64,000 bases of DNA from Hypanus sabinus (GCF_030144855.1 NW_026780455.1:434001-498000), one strand, 5' to 3'; shown: positions 1-12,899, numbered from the stretch's first letter. Program-made: numbers and translations. Notes: a model not told the origin generated them from the sequence alone.

Positions 1-364
1 AATTGGATAGGTATATGGTCAGGAAAGGAACGGAGGGTTATGGGCTGAGTGCGGGTCGATGGGACGAGGTGAGATTAGGCGTTCGACACGGACTAGAAAG
101 GCCGAGATAGCCTGTTTCCGTGCTGTATTTTTTATATGGTTATATGCTTTATAATAGTAGAAGCACGGACTTGGTGGAAATGAAGAAGGCGTTAGACGGA
201 ACTCATGAATAACGTGAACTGGAAGGAGGGCAGTGGAGGCAGATTGGGAAGACGTCCCCGATGGTGGTACTGCATGGAGTGGGGGAGGGCGGGAGCTAAT
301 CGGGACTGTCCACAACAGTAATGGAAACGCACATGCCAGTGAGGAATTGGGATAGATCGTGGCG

Positions 365-2371
365 TTATGGGAGCACTTTAATGCGGTCCTGACAACGCCT
401 TGTGAACTTTGCAATGAGACTGAAGGGCGATATCACCGTCTCCTTCAACTGCACCCTGAACCTGGCCTGGACCACGGCGTAAAGGGCCGTGTTGGTGCAG
501 CAGCTCAGAAGTTGCAGGATGTAGCCCAGCTCCCGCAGAGAACTGGGGGGCAACACGTTAATGTAAATAAACAGGCTCTCCCATGCGGAGGACACCGTCA
601 GCAGCGCCCACAACAGGATGAAATTCCCCGACATCACCAGCAGTAACAGGAGGGATTGCCTGCGGTTCTTCATCTCCGGGTCGGCGGGCGTCTCGCCATC
701 GCGCGAACCACGGAGTCTCCTCCGGGCACGGCTGGCCACTAAGACGTGCCTGATGGTTAAGCTGTTCAGCAACAGAACGAGGACAAAGGGGAATATTGGG
801 GTGAGAAGGGAATGAATTAGTACAAATATGTTCTCTTGTGATTTGAAAAAACGATCAGAACGGATACAGAGCACTGTCGAAAGTATCAACGCATATGTCC
901 CATCGAGATAAAAGTACCAGAAAATGTTCTTTACGCAGCTCGGCCCAGTCACTGTCCCCAGAACCAGAGCCGCCGCTCTCCCGGTGCAGTACTTTCGTTT
1001 CAACTTCTGTGAACAAATGGCGACAAATCGATCAAAGGTGAAAGCGACGGTGAACCAGACAGAACAGTCCGTGACGCCGTAGGATATGACAGCGTGGATA
1101 TTACACACGGGAACACGATACGACCAGCGTAAAAGCTCTCCTGGCATGTAGCTCCACGGAATCTTGCTCAATACAAGATTGAAGAGAACGACCAGCTGAT
1201 CCGCTGCTACCATGGCAACCAGGTACCTTGTGACGCCTTTGGAGAGACCGCACTTTCCCCGCGACAGGATGACTATTGTCACCACGTTCACTGTGTGGAG
1301 GGAGGTAAAGACCATTAACACACAATTAGCAACAAAGGCGAACATCCCATTTGCCTTCCTGATAGGCTGCTGCACCTGCAAACCAACCTTTTGCAATTCA
1401 AACACAAGCACTCCAAAGTCCCTCCGCACAGCAGCATACTGCAATCGTTTACCACTTAAATAATATTCCGTTCTTCCATTTGCCCTTCCCAAGTGGATCT
1501 CCTTGCATTTACCACCTTTGCTCTCCATCTGCCAGACGCTGGTACATTCGGTGAGCACATTAATATCGCTCTGCATGCTGTCAGTTTCCATCGGTGATAG
1601 ATGATGCAATGTATCCTCATGCTTTTTAACTGGTGAGATGGTGGTGGGAGTTATTTATTTGTTTAATTCAGGTAACACCATATTCTGCCATCATATTTGA
1701 CCAAACAAAATGAACGACCTGATATTGATCTATGTTGAAATTCATCTGGCTCTTCTTAGCGCAATTTCGCCCCCAATCAAAATCCCGCTGGAACATCTGA
1801 CAGCCCTCCCCACCCATTGTATAATTGGCAAATTGACGAACATATCGCTCCACTTCCTCATCCAGGTCATTTATAAAACTCACGAAGAATGGGGTGTAAG
1901 AGGCACTGCTCAACAATGCACAGTGTGACAGTCTACAACAACACGTTTCCTTCTGTGGGCAAGCTATTTTTGGCTCCACACAGCAATGTCCCCGAGGATC
2001 ACATGCCTCCTTATTTTCACAATAAGATTTGCGTGGGGTACTCACTCAAATCCATTCAGCCGATGTTAGCTTAAGTGATACCGGCTGGAAAGACCTGTCT
2101 TGCAATTAGCGAGTCGTTAGAGGACAGGGATGAACGAGAAGCTGACTTAAACTTTTCAATGTATTCATGAGGAAGAGACGAGACACTTACCAGGAAGAGC
2201 TACAATGGCGAGTACAGGGTAGTAAACTACTTGGAATGTCACAAGCGCCATAGTGATTCGATAGTCCAACGTTTGCCCTTCGGAATATGCAACAAGATAT
2301 TGAAACGCCCAGAAAACATTCTTCGCATTTCCCGTAGCGTTGCGCGATGCATTTCGGAGATTATAATCCAT
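365..2371 (-). CDS. Class A orphan GPCR, GPR139/GPR142-like (chondrichthyan-expanded type). Two coding exons, 2371-2191 and 1290-365, about 368 aa
   Basis: Exon 1 MDYNL...YYPVLAIVALP (60 codons + 1 nt) ends at CCTG|gtaagt. Exon 2 starts after ccacacag| and restores P-V-NVVTIVILSRGKCGLSK in frame. Seven hydrophobic segments, TFDRFVAIC (DRY-like), NTALY (NPxxY-like), stop at 365-367. The 414-aa ORF in the track includes intron read-through. Confidence 0.85.
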
Positions 2372-3229
2372 TGCTGGGTTAGTCCAGATTCCTGTTCCCG
2401 ATCCAGCCTCTGTCTTCTCTCTGTCTGCAGCCGTTGGTTTCTGATAGCGTAGACTGGCGGCTCTCATTGAAACTGTCGATGTGATGGATACCGTACATAT
2501 TAATAGACCAGCAGCCACACACCGCGAAGACGTCAACAATCCACACGGAGACACACTTAATTAGGTTCTACGGAACTACAGTTCCAATTAACCCTTTGTT
2601 TTCAGACCGTCAGCCAAGTGATACAAATGCAGACTGGAAGTGTATCTAATTATCCCAGCAGTCTGATGTCCACGGGTGCGTGTCGTGTTTGTAAATGCAC
2701 ATAAAATTGAGAAACCTATTGAAACACAGCTGGACACTGACATACAACCGGTCTGGAAAGGAAGGTACACGCAACAAATAATAAAAAAAATGAAACAAAC
2801 AACAATAATGATATACACAGATTAAAAATAATTATTGCAGAGATAGTTCTTACAAATTGTAGTTGCATTCAGTGGCATGCAAAGGTATGTGCACACCTGA
2901 TCAACATTTCTGTTACCTTGAATAACTTAGCGAGATAAAGATGATCTGATTTCCAAAAGACATAAAGTTGAAGATGACATAATATTTAAAATATTTAACA
3001 TTTTAAGCAAGATTACTTTTTTTTTTTAATTTCCATCTTTTAGAGTTTAAACATAACAGGAAAGGGAAAGGTTCCGAAGCAAAGATTTGGGCCCCCTCCA
3101 TGGTCAGTACTTAGTAACCCCCTGTTTGGCAGCTGGCCCTGATTGTAAACGCCTTATGTTATCAGCTGACTGTCTTTGAATTCTGTTTGGGAGATTTTCA
3201 CCCACTCATCCTTTTCTTCCTTTTAAAAG

Positions 3230-3628
3230 GCTTCTAGTTCTTTGAGAATCTTGGCGGCCTTGCATGCACAGCTCTTTTGAGGTCTATCCGCTGATTTTCG
3301 ATTATGTGTACACAGAACATAGAACATAGAATGGTACAGCACAGATCAGGCCCTCCGGCCCACAATGTTGTACCGACCCTTAAAACCTGCTTCACATATC
3401 CCATCCCCCCCATCCTTAAACCCTGCATCCCACATATCTCCACCATATACCTGTCTTGTAGTCTCTTAAATTTCACTAGTGTATCTGCCACCACAACAGA
3501 GTCAGGCAGTGAATTCCACGCACCAACCACTCTCTGAGAAAAAAAAACTTCCTCTAATATCCGCCTTGAACTTTCCTCCCCTTACCCTAAATCCAATTCC
3601 TCTTGTATTGAGCAGTGATGCCCCGGGG
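3230..3628 (-). mobile_element. CR1-type LINE 3' fragment
   Basis: VGAWNSLPDSVVVADTLVKFKRLQDRYM is the CR1 ORF2 C-terminal pattern; truncated by the gap. Confidence 0.7.
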
Positions 3629-4096
3629 NNNNNNNNNNNNNNNNNNNNNNNNNNNNNNNNNNNNNNNNNNNNNNNNNNNNNNNNNNNNNNNNNNNNNNNN
3701 NNNNNNNNNNNNNNNNNNNNNNNNNNNNNNNNNNNNNNNNNNNNNNNNNNNNNNNNNNNNNNNNNNNNNNNNNNNNNNNNNNNNNNNNNNNNNNNNNNNN
3801 NNNNNNNNNNNNNNNNNNNNNNNNNNNNGCACACACCCACACACCCTCGGAGTAATCACGATACCCCCATCCAAGCCTAGCGAAACCGAAGGAGACGAGC
3901 AATTTCAATCGGGTCTGTTCGACCAGCGCGGCAAGGATTTATCAGTGTGAAGGCGCTTTCACATTCGGCTCATGAGTAGCAAGGTAGGCATCAAATCTTC
4001 GGCCTCATGTCCAGAAGATCTGCCAAGCCTAACCACGTACGATGCTGAAGCACGTCGTTCCACACCCTTTCCCCGAGATCTGTGATTTGTACTTAC

Positions 4097-4145
4097 CTGG
4101 GATCATCGCCACGATCAGCGGGAGGCAAACAATCCTCCACACCAT
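4097..4145 (-). other. Orphan TCR V leader exon (MVWRIVCLPLIVAMIP). Its V exon is not visible (N-gap 3629-3828, or lost)
   Basis: ATG, 16 codons + 1 nt, then G|gtaagt. Close paralog of leaders at 8534-8585 and 59449-59500. Decamer AGTGACGTCA lies upstream at 4256-4265. Confidence 0.8.
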
Positions 4146-4255
4146 CTTCTACAGGATGAAGATATTTCCTCTATGTGAAGATCAGAGCCAGCTCTCAGGG
4201 AAGTCTATCTGTGTGGTCTGATAAAGGAAAGAGATTCTCGTTGTTTTTGTGGCGA

Positions 4256-4265
4256 TGACGTCACT
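4256..4265 (-). promoter_or_regulatory. Vbeta promoter decamer/CRE (AGTGACGTCA)
   Basis: Exact match to the mammalian Vbeta decamer AGTGA(C/T)(G/A)TCA, about 110 bp upstream of the leader ATG at 4145. Confidence 0.7.
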
Positions 4266-4792
4266 TCCGCTACCGTTAAAGCCTTCGGACTGACGATGAG
4301 GCCCGAGGTGAGTTCATGCAATGCAGATACGTTCCGGACGATTTGTAGCTGGGAGGTGCACATCGATGGGAAACCGGTTTAAAATGATTGGCCAATGTTC
4401 CTGAGGGCAGGGATTACGCAACCATACCGTGTTTTCGCTTCGATTGCAGAAAACTAAACGCCACTTCACCATACCCTCAAAATAAGCGGCCTGTTTGAGA
4501 AACGGTAGGAAAGGACAAGAGAAGATTAGAGGACAAATGGTGTCTGTAGGGCTGTGACAATGGGCGAATGGGGAAAATCCGCCTGAATGCTGTATGGAGG
4601 GGAACGGCCGGGACAGACGGAAGGGATGCGGGGAACAGCAGGCGATAGTGACATTTCACGTCAGCTGATCCAAATCGCCAGTAAGTACAGAGCGTGGAGG
4701 AAGAGCCAGTGTACAGTGTCCGAGGGAGCAGCTGGTCGAGACGGAAAGTCAATCTTCTCTCTGACCCCAAGTGTTGCAGCGACAGGGCGAAA

Positions 4793-4831
4793 GGAATTTG
4801 TCAGCGGCGACTCGCCTTCTCCGGCTCTGGG
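4793..4831 (-). promoter_or_regulatory. Degenerate 23-RSS (CCCAGAG-23-ACAAATTCC)
   Basis: Spacer counted as 23 nt. Heptamer lacks the essential CAC. Confidence 0.75.
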
Positions 4832-5100
4832 CGCTACTCTCGGCGCAGAAATAGATGGCTGGGTGAGAGTGCGAGACAGTGCTGCTGGTTTCCGTGGTCG
4901 TGTTGCTCTCAGATGTGTAGCTGTTGATTAGACCTCTCCCGGCGGAATAGAGGAGAGTTACTTCTGCCTGGTCGGGTCGCTTTCTGTACGAATACAAAAT
5001 GGTGTATACCGTGTTCCGCGGTGTGCGTTGATCTGTGTTTGACTGTCCCATTACAATCGGCAGAGAAGTCGGCGACTGCTCCACGTGCCCGGCCGGAATC
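4832..5100 (-). pseudogene. TRBV: TCR Vbeta-like pseudogene (EQSP family)
   Basis: HVEQSPTSLPIV...LLYSAGRGLINSYTS...HPAIYFCAESS. First Cys and WY motif lost, deletion in FR3, no leader or acceptor found. Confidence 0.8.
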
Positions 5101-5941
5101 GATTCGATTCTAATTCCAAAGAAGGCACGGCAACGCCTCAGCCTTTCTGGATTTGGCTGGGACATTAGTGGTGGATGCGGCCCAGTCCACCAGAGGCCCG
5201 CCTGATCAATTATCATATCCACATGGGAGCATCGAATGACGAGAATGCAGCCTCCATCGTTAAGGATACTCGCCATGTCGGCCAACCTCTCTTCTCGCTG
5301 CTGCTATCGGGACTTGGTAGAGGAACCTCAGGACCCACACGACTGCGTTGAGGAAGAGTTGCTGTCTTTCAACGAGCACAGTCCTTTACCAGTGTTTCGT
5401 AAATTCACTGATCACGACATTGATCAGGACTCACTTCCTGCACCTCGTGTTATCAATGTATTGTTTTTAAAGTCTAGCAGTTATTTACATATTTGTTTAT
5501 CGTTCTTTACATATATTATTTATTTGTTCTATTTACTTATCTGTCTATTTATTTATTTACTTATGTATGTTTCTATTTATCTATCTATCTACTTATTTCT
5601 GAATTATTTATTTCTATGTTTGTTTGCCCAGTTTATCTTTATAACGCTGCCTCATTTTCTATAATTGTGTGTGATTTCTTTTTCCACATTTAATCTATTG
5701 TATTTATTTATTATACTGTGAGTGCCTGTCTCAAATCGAATCTCGGGGTATCATGTGGAAAGCTGCACTTACGTTCAAAATAAATTCACTTTCGTTGTTT
5801 CTTCCCTTCTGCCTGTCTCTCTCCTTCTCATTCTTTAATCTTCTTTCCAGTTTCTTTCACTTTCCGACTTACCTTCTTTTTCCGCCATTTTCTCCCTTCA
5901 TCTCGCTGCCTCACTGTCTGTCCACCTCCCCACTTTGTTGG

Positions 5942-5954
5942 CTCTCTCTCTCTA

Positions 5955-6024
<70 letters not shown>

Positions 6025-6030
6025 CTCACT
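5942..6030. repeat. (CT)n microsatellite
   Basis: Direct inspection. Confidence 0.9.
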
Positions 6031-7217
6031 CTCTATCCACTTGAATTATTACATGTTGATGTAATTCTCGTTAACTGCAATAGAAAAAGATAAAGCGTTC
6101 AAGGACGTGGAAGTAACCGCCGCATCATTTCCAAGGGATAGGGTGGTAGAGTTTGAGCGTTGATTACCAGGCCGTCCTATTCGACAGCGCAATTGTTGAA
6201 TTGCAGTGTATCCGGAACTGCTAACAGCACAAGAAATCTTGCGAATGAAAGTCTCTGCCCGATGATAGGACAGTTTTCACGACCCGACATCTCAGAGTCC
6301 CGTCAAAATGCAGCTGTTCTGCCGACAGACGGATCTGCACATTAGGTTCTTCATGGTCCAACAGCGCCCCCTGCAGCAGACTCGGGATCATTGGCGGAAT
6401 CTGAATATAGACAAAGAAGGCCATATTGATATCCAGCCTTCAATCTGCCTGCATTCTACAGACGGTCCCTAGTAGCCCCTGGTAACGCCATGGGTCTTTT
6501 CAATCGTGAGTGGAGGGAACTCACGTATCATTTAAGGTAGGTTTGAAGGTAGCCACTTCACGTGTTCAGCCGTGACAATTTGTTTTACCGCTCAATTTAG
6601 TGTCATCGGCAAAGTAGTAGGAAAACTCCAGCGGTCAGTCAGCAGCTATGGCGGATACCGCTGCTGGTATTGACACCGACTTGTTATTGTCACCTCTAAC
6701 AAGATGCAGTCACAAGCTTGTTCACTGATATAAAGTCAGTACGCGGTTCCCAGATGTAAAATAGGAAACATCAATAAAGTTTAAAAGCTACAGAAAGAAA
6801 GCGGAACAGGTGCACAGTACCATAATGTGGCTCATCGTGATGTCAGAGGTCCACGTCAATGTGCCATCTTCCCTTAATTATGTGCCACTGGAGAGTTGAA
6901 TAACAGCGGGAGAACAGGCTGCCCTTGCGACTGTTAGTATGCACATTCAGATCATTGAGTCCTCCGCCCGACTGGAGGCTGGCGACTGCGCTCCTCTGAC
7001 AGAAGGAAATTATAGACAGGGGATGATTCCAAGATCGACTGAGCTGTGTGGACGTTTATTTTTCTGGAGTTTCCTGCTGGTAACTGTAGAGCAGTTGCCA
7101 TAGTCAAGTAGAATTCTTGTCTCTGTGATATCGGGGGTTACTGGAGTAGGAGGAGAAAGCTGGACAAGTGTTTGCCGTTTCGAGACAGAATAAAGTGGCT
7201 GTCAAACACCATCCTGT

Positions 7218-7232
7218 GCTGCCACCTAGTGG
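7218..7232 (-). promoter_or_regulatory. CTCF-like site downstream of an RSS (CCACTAGGTGGCAG)
   Basis: 14/14 match to CCASYAGRKGGCRS, about 40 bp beyond the nonamer. The paralog at 60323-60336 (13/14) sits similarly on the + strand. Confidence 0.7.
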
Positions 7233-7272
7233 TGTAACATGAACTCTGAAACATCCCTGTGATAAACAGGAA

Positions 7273-7311
7273 GGTTTTTGTACTGAGAGACCCTTTACTT
7301 CAAGCTCTGTG
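7273..7311 (-). promoter_or_regulatory. 23-RSS (CACAGAG-23-ACAAAAACC)
   Basis: Consensus nonamer, one-mismatch heptamer, 23-nt spacer directly after the V exon. Confidence 0.95.
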
Positions 7312-8585
7312 CGCTACTACAAGCGCAGAAGTAGACGGCGGAGTGGGAGGACGATGCCCGCCTCAGTTCCAGTTTAAACAGCGTATCGCTGGGTCTTGTC
7401 GCCGCGTAGGAATCAGATGTGTAGTTCATAGCTAAACCTTGCCCAGCAGAATAGAAGAGAACATCAATTGCCCGGCCGGATCGCTGTCTGTACCAGTACA
7501 TATTTGGATAGCCCGTATTCAGCAGCGTACACGAGAGAGTGGCCGGCTCTCCCTCTGCGACTGACAGGGAGGAAGGCGATTGCTCCACGTAGGCGGTCAG
7601 AATCCCTGTGGGACAGAAATCAGATTAGACTCCAATTTCTCTCAATTGATCATCAAAGGGCGCGGAAGCAAGACAGATGGAAGAGTTTGGTGTTATCGAC
7701 AGACCATGGCCACTCTCCGATTAACCCGGAGATTCGCACTATTGTGCGATGTGCAATAGGCGTGATGTACGATCCTCACCCGATGACCATGGCCGATGGT
7801 GGGGTCAGACTCGAGGGGCTGAATAGCCTAACTCAACTCATCTCTCTCTCTCATCTCTCGCGCTCTCGTCCCCTCNNNNNNNNNNNNNNNNNNNNNNNNN
7901 NNNNNNNNNNNNNNNNNNNNNNNNNNNNNNNNNNNNNNNNNNNNNNNNNNNNNNNNNNNNNNNNNNNNNNNNNNNNNNNNNNNNNNNNNNNNNNNNNNNN
8001 NNNNNNNNNNNNNNNNNNNNNNNNNNNNNNNCTTTCTTGTAGCGCTGACAAGCAAACACAATTTCTGCGGGAGAAGGGGCTTGTACTCTCGAAAGACACC
8101 GGCCGCTCTGCGATCATCACAACGAATCTGCTATGAGATGAGACACCCAAACGCACGAAGGCGCTGATGCACACGTACTCGAACTCGGGCAAAATCTGAT
8201 CCATCGAACCGCAGTGAGGAACCGGGGTAAAATGCCGTTTAACAAGCACACATTTGTTCTGAGTTCAATTCCCCTCGCATCCTACAAGAAACCCCCGATA
8301 TCCTCTCAGAGCTTCGTGGCAGAACTGAAGGACCCCACAGGGGGTCACTCTGACAAGCGCGTTACATATTTATCTGTCATAAAATACTTTGTCATTTGTT
8401 AAAAGGGAGACATCAAATCATTGGCCTCTTGGGGAGAAAATCTACCAAGAAGAACCACGTTCGATACTGCACCTCGCCGTTCCACAAAGGGCATTTTACA
8501 CCACCTGACCCCAGACCTGCGATTTTAACTTACGCGGGATCACCGCCACGATAAGCGGAATGCAAAGCATGGCCGTCAGCATCAT
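7312..8585 (-). CDS. TRBV: TCR Vbeta-like segment, apparently functional. Leader 8585-8534, V exon 7605-7312; the intron spans an N-gap
   Basis: Leader MMLTAMLCIPLIVAVIP C|gtaagt; acceptor cccacag|GG ATT CTG. Open V: YVEQSPSSLSVAEGEPATLSC...MYWYRQ...LFYSAGQG...RPSDTLFKL...SAVYFCACSS, both Cys and Trp present. Motifs match human TRBV30 as I recall it. Confidence 0.85.
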
Positions 8586-8821
8586 TTAGTGCGCGAGAAT
8601 ACCTCCGCTGTGTGGAATCGAGTGATGTTCCGTTTCAGCTCACGGGGAAGTCTATCTGCGTGGCCTGAGAAAGCAATTCTCCCATTGGCTCCGTGGCAAT
8701 CGTGTCACTTCCGCAAATATATTTGCCTCTTTGGAGCGGTTTACAGTGCTGACAAGCTGAGATGAGACCCGAGTTCCACGCATGCGCTATAGGCAAGTTT
8801 GGATAATTCCAAGCTGAGAGG

Positions 8822-9290
8822 AAATAACAATAGACAATAGACAATAGGTGCAGAAGTAGACCATTCGGCCCTTCGAACCTGCACCCCCATTCTGAGATCA
8901 TTCCTGATCAACTGCTGTAAATACCCCGTTCCTGCTTTGTCCCCATATCCCTTGACACCCCTATCCATAAGATACCTATCTAGCTCCTTCTTGAAAGCAT
9001 CCAGAGAATTGGCCTCCATTGCCTTCTGAGGCAGTGCATTCCGCACCCCCACAACTCTCTGCGAGAAGAAGTTTTCCTTCACTCTATCCTAAATGACCTG
9101 CCCCTTATTCTTAAACCATGCCGTCTGGTACTGGACACTCCCAGCATCTGGAACATATTTCCTGCCTCTGTCTTGTCCAATCCCTTAATCATCTTACATC
9201 CAGATCCCGACTCAATCACCTTAATTCCAGAGTGTACAAGCCCAGTCTCTCTAACCTCTCTGCGTCCAACAGTCCGGACATCCCAGGAAC
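8822..9290 (-). mobile_element. CR1-type LINE 3' fragment with (CTATTGT)n tail
   Basis: FFSQRVVGVRNALPQKAMEANSLDAFKKELDRYL; short tandem 3' tail. Confidence 0.8.
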
Positions 9291-12083
9291 AAAAATAGGA
9301 ATTAGGTTCCAAATACTCCGTTAATGACCCCAAATAAATGCATTACCAGATTAGAGCTGCTAGTTACTTTCTTACAATTCCGTGATCCGGGAATCAATTC
9401 CTTGCCAGAAAGTAATCGGCCTTCGCCATGACCGCAGAGCAAGGCGGAGTGTAGCCGCCATCTTGTTTCCTTCAGTGTTGAGGTGAGTGGCGTTATTCTC
9501 ACTGGCTCCGGCTCTTGACTCAGTGTTGACAACGTCATTCAGCTCAGCATCTGAGTGCTTGAAAACATAGGGAATCTCTTTAAATTTTTCACAGACTCTG
9601 ATCTCAATGATATTACGTACATATTTAACGTTGTTTGCTTATTGTGTCTTTCCACAGTTTGCCTTCATTTACAAATTGTTTGTCCATCTTTTTTCATGGG
9701 CTCTATTGGTTTATTTTAACGCATCTGCTGTAAATGCCCGGAAATTAATCTCAGGGTAGCTTGTGGTGCCACAGGTATGGAGTTAAACCGGATCGTACTG
9801 ACCATAATTGGGTAGGTTGCGATGTGGAGAGTCCACATTATTGCAGCCTCCTCTCGTACAAACGGCCTGTTGGAGAGTCGGAAGTCAAACGGGAGAGAAG
9901 CTGCTCGATTGGTGTCTGGGATCTTTCATTACGCTGGTTGTTTTAAGGAAGTGGATGGGCTAGGGCGGCAGAAGAAAAGCGCCAGACAGGCAGTGGCCAC
10001 TTTTTTGGTACAGGAGGCATCGGAAACAAAGTCCACCTTTTTGTCAAGTGGTCACAGTTTCGCTGTACTGAGGGATCGATCCGGGCTGGGCCGGTCGGTT
10101 CAGGAACCGGATGGTTGAAGGGAAGTCGCTGCCCCTGAACGATGTGGTGTAGGGACTTCAGCTTCTCTTCCTCCTGCCCGGTGGGAGGTGCGGGGAGAAG
10201 ACACAGACCGGATGGTGGTGGTGGTCGAGGGGGGGGGGTGGTTCATTGATGGTGGTCGTTGCCTTCCTGAGTCAGCTCCCCCTGTGGATACTCAAGCAAC
10301 CACACATTTCAAGAGTAGAGGTCAGAAGATTTGCACGGATGTCGACGCATGACGTGGATGGGCGGCAGAAGGCCTCCATATTGTACTTTTAAAACTTCTT
10401 TGTTCGTTTCCGGTACGGAAGACCCTACGGGACATTATTATTTCAGGAAAATCAGGTCCACCCCATGGGCGTGTAGCTCTTGACAGAGAAACTGAAGGAG
10501 CAGGACGTGGTGAGGTCTGTGTCAGAGAGGAGCCGGAGGTATCGGTGCCCGAGGGAGATGTGCACTCTAACAGGGACTGATCACAGTAATCGCTTTCCGG
10601 TGTCCTGTAGGACAATGCTAACGTGGAAGGCAGCAAAATTGGTTTCGCTGATTTATCTGCAGATCGTAGGAGCGAACAGCGCGGATGCTCCGTGGCCTCG
10701 GTAGGACAATGGACTCGGCCTGAAGCCACGTTGACGCCCGTTGACTGCCGACCAGCAGAGAAGCGTCGGAGTCCGTAAGCTCCACCGTAGTCAGTGTGGT
10801 GCGGCGTCCAGGTTTCAGTCGATGCTGCGCCCTAGCGTCCAACCGGCAGACAAAACGTTGTATTGTGTCGGACGGCAGGTTCCTGCAACATCCATGAACA
10901 CTTGACTGTTAGAATATATATTTCAGGTGACAGTATTTCGCCCTGTGCTTTGTGTGATTGATGGTACTGTGGCTGTCATCCTGGCCCCGGAGTTACACTC
11001 TCTCGTTTGGGCTCTAATAATGGGTATCGATAATTGTTTTAGTAACAATTAAAATTAAACTTTAACGCGAAATTCACCTTGAAATGCCTATGAAAGTAAA
11101 GTCAATGTCCACGGTCCAGGTAACCGGGCAGCAGAGAGGCGGCTTATTGTCCGATAAAAATACCACAGCACGCAGAGAGAACACGTATGATGACAGAGAG
11201 AACTCGTAATGCATGCGCAACTCTGGGCATTTTGGGGCTGTCGCGATAAAACACCGCCAGCTGGATAAACGAGACGGCAGCAGCACGAGCCACTTTACAG
11301 CCTGTAATGAGCACTCCGGGCCTGTGCGGGGAGCCAGAGAGCGTCGTGTTCCGAGGTTTTAATCTGGACGGAAAGCACAGAACAGTTCCTACCGACTGAC
11401 CGAGTCAAGTCGCCCTGTAACCAGTCTATTTTAACAGTTCCCTAATCACTGTACAATGAACCAACTAACCGCTACTTTGATCACTTGAGTGGAAACCGGA
11501 ACACCCGGAGGAAACCCACGTCCTCAAGTGAAGGACGTAGAAACTTTTCCACGCACGCGCACAATAATTTCTTCTTTCTCCCTTCCCTCAACAGCAAGCG
11601 GCATCAATCATCATGGATTATGCCATCCATCCCAGGGTAAGTTCGCTACAGTTGGGATGGAGATATAGGAGCCTTAAATCCTGGACCAGATGTTAGTAAA
11701 TAATTCAGGGCTCCAGATTCAGCGCAAGGTTTTCAAAACGCAGGTGCTGTTCCGACCGAGGATTCTGCATTCGCGGCTCAATAGCGCCCTCTGCAGCAAT
11801 CTCGGATCATGCTCAGGATCAGAAAGGAGATAAAGAAGGCCAACCCATGAGGTCAACCAGCAACCTGTATGTAATTGGCAGAGGGGTTCAGAACAGCGGG
11901 TGAGAAAGCAACGGGGCTTGCGACCGTAAGTGGATCCGACGTATCAAAGAATACGGGACTAATCAATTCTCTCGGCATCTTGCTGCTTTCCGACTTTGCC
12001 GTGCCGCTGTCTGAATTTTCCCTTTCAGACTGCGAAGTATTCGCTTTCAATGTGAATTAATGTCGCCACCAACTGCCCTGTTG

Positions 12084-12121
12084 AGTTTTTCTCGGGCCCT
12101 CCATCGTCGTCAGTCGCTGTG
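12084..12121 (-). promoter_or_regulatory. Imperfect RSS (CACAGCG-22-AGAAAAACT)
   Basis: Paralog of the 23-RSS at 57260-57298, one spacer base shorter. Confidence 0.75.
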
Positions 12122-12899
12122 CAGACTGCGAGAGCAGAAATATGTGGCCGTGTGGTTCAGCTGCAGGCGAGAGGCGCTCAGAGTGAAGGCGCCGTTAATC
12201 GGCCGGTTGGCAGTGAACCCCTCCACCTCCGTGTCCTGGGCCACGCTTCGAGCAGCCATGGTGTAGAATAGGTTCTGCGGCTCCTTCCCCGGGTTCTGCC
12301 TGTCCAGTATATTTGAGAAATTCTGCCGTCCTCACTGATGCATTGGAGTGTCACCGCCTCGCCGAGAGACTGAGAAACAGCGGAGGGGGTATGGCGCATA
12401 ATCTCCGAATTCGCATCTGGTAATAGAACGCGGGAAGAAGAAGTTGTTTAATAAAGATCACCGGACGCAGAGATGAGATGGAGTAAAAGGGAGACGGCAT
12501 GACGGNNNNNNNNNNNNNNNNNNNNNNNNNNNNNNNNNNNNNNNNNNNNNNNNNNNNNNNNNNNNNNNNNNNNNNNNNNNNNNNNNNNNNNNNNNNNNNN
12601 NNNNNNNNNNNNNNNNNNNNNNNNNNNNNNNNNNNNNNNNNNNNNNNNNNNNNNNNNGGGAGAGAAGGAGACAGATAGAAAGAGACAAAGAGGGAGAGAG
12701 ATAGAAGGAGAGAGTGCGAGAGCGGGGGAGAGAGAAGTTAAAAGGACGGGGTCCAAGAAGAAGGAAGAAAATAAACGATAAGTTGCTGTGAATATGCGAG
12801 AAAGACAAAAGGAGAGCAAGGGGAGATGAATCAATAAAAAAGCTGTTAAGTTCTCTTACGATGGAAAAAGGCCGCCAGTGATAGTACCAGGAACATCAT
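12122..12899 (-). pseudogene. TRBV: TCR Vbeta-like pseudogene with a 1-nt frameshift in the WY codons. Leader 12899-12860, V exon 12416-12122
   Basis: Leader MMFLVLSLAAFFH C|gtaag; acceptor ttaccag|AT GCG AAT TCG. TGG-ACAGG lacks the T of TAC; the rest reads RQNPGKEPQNLFYT...LQLNHTATYFCSRSL in the shifted frame. V exon is 295 nt against 296 in intact relatives. Confidence 0.85.

Noticed and set aside
1291-1609. N-terminal extension of the 414-aa GPCR ORF
   Set aside because: Intron read-through; a clean acceptor at 1291 and a proper exon 1 at 2191-2371 explain the gene.
6160-6345. ORF LLNCSVSGTAN...FSRPD resembling a V relic
   Set aside because: Its 3' part aligns with noncoding flank of the CTCF module at 57600-57720; no WY, YxC or RSS.
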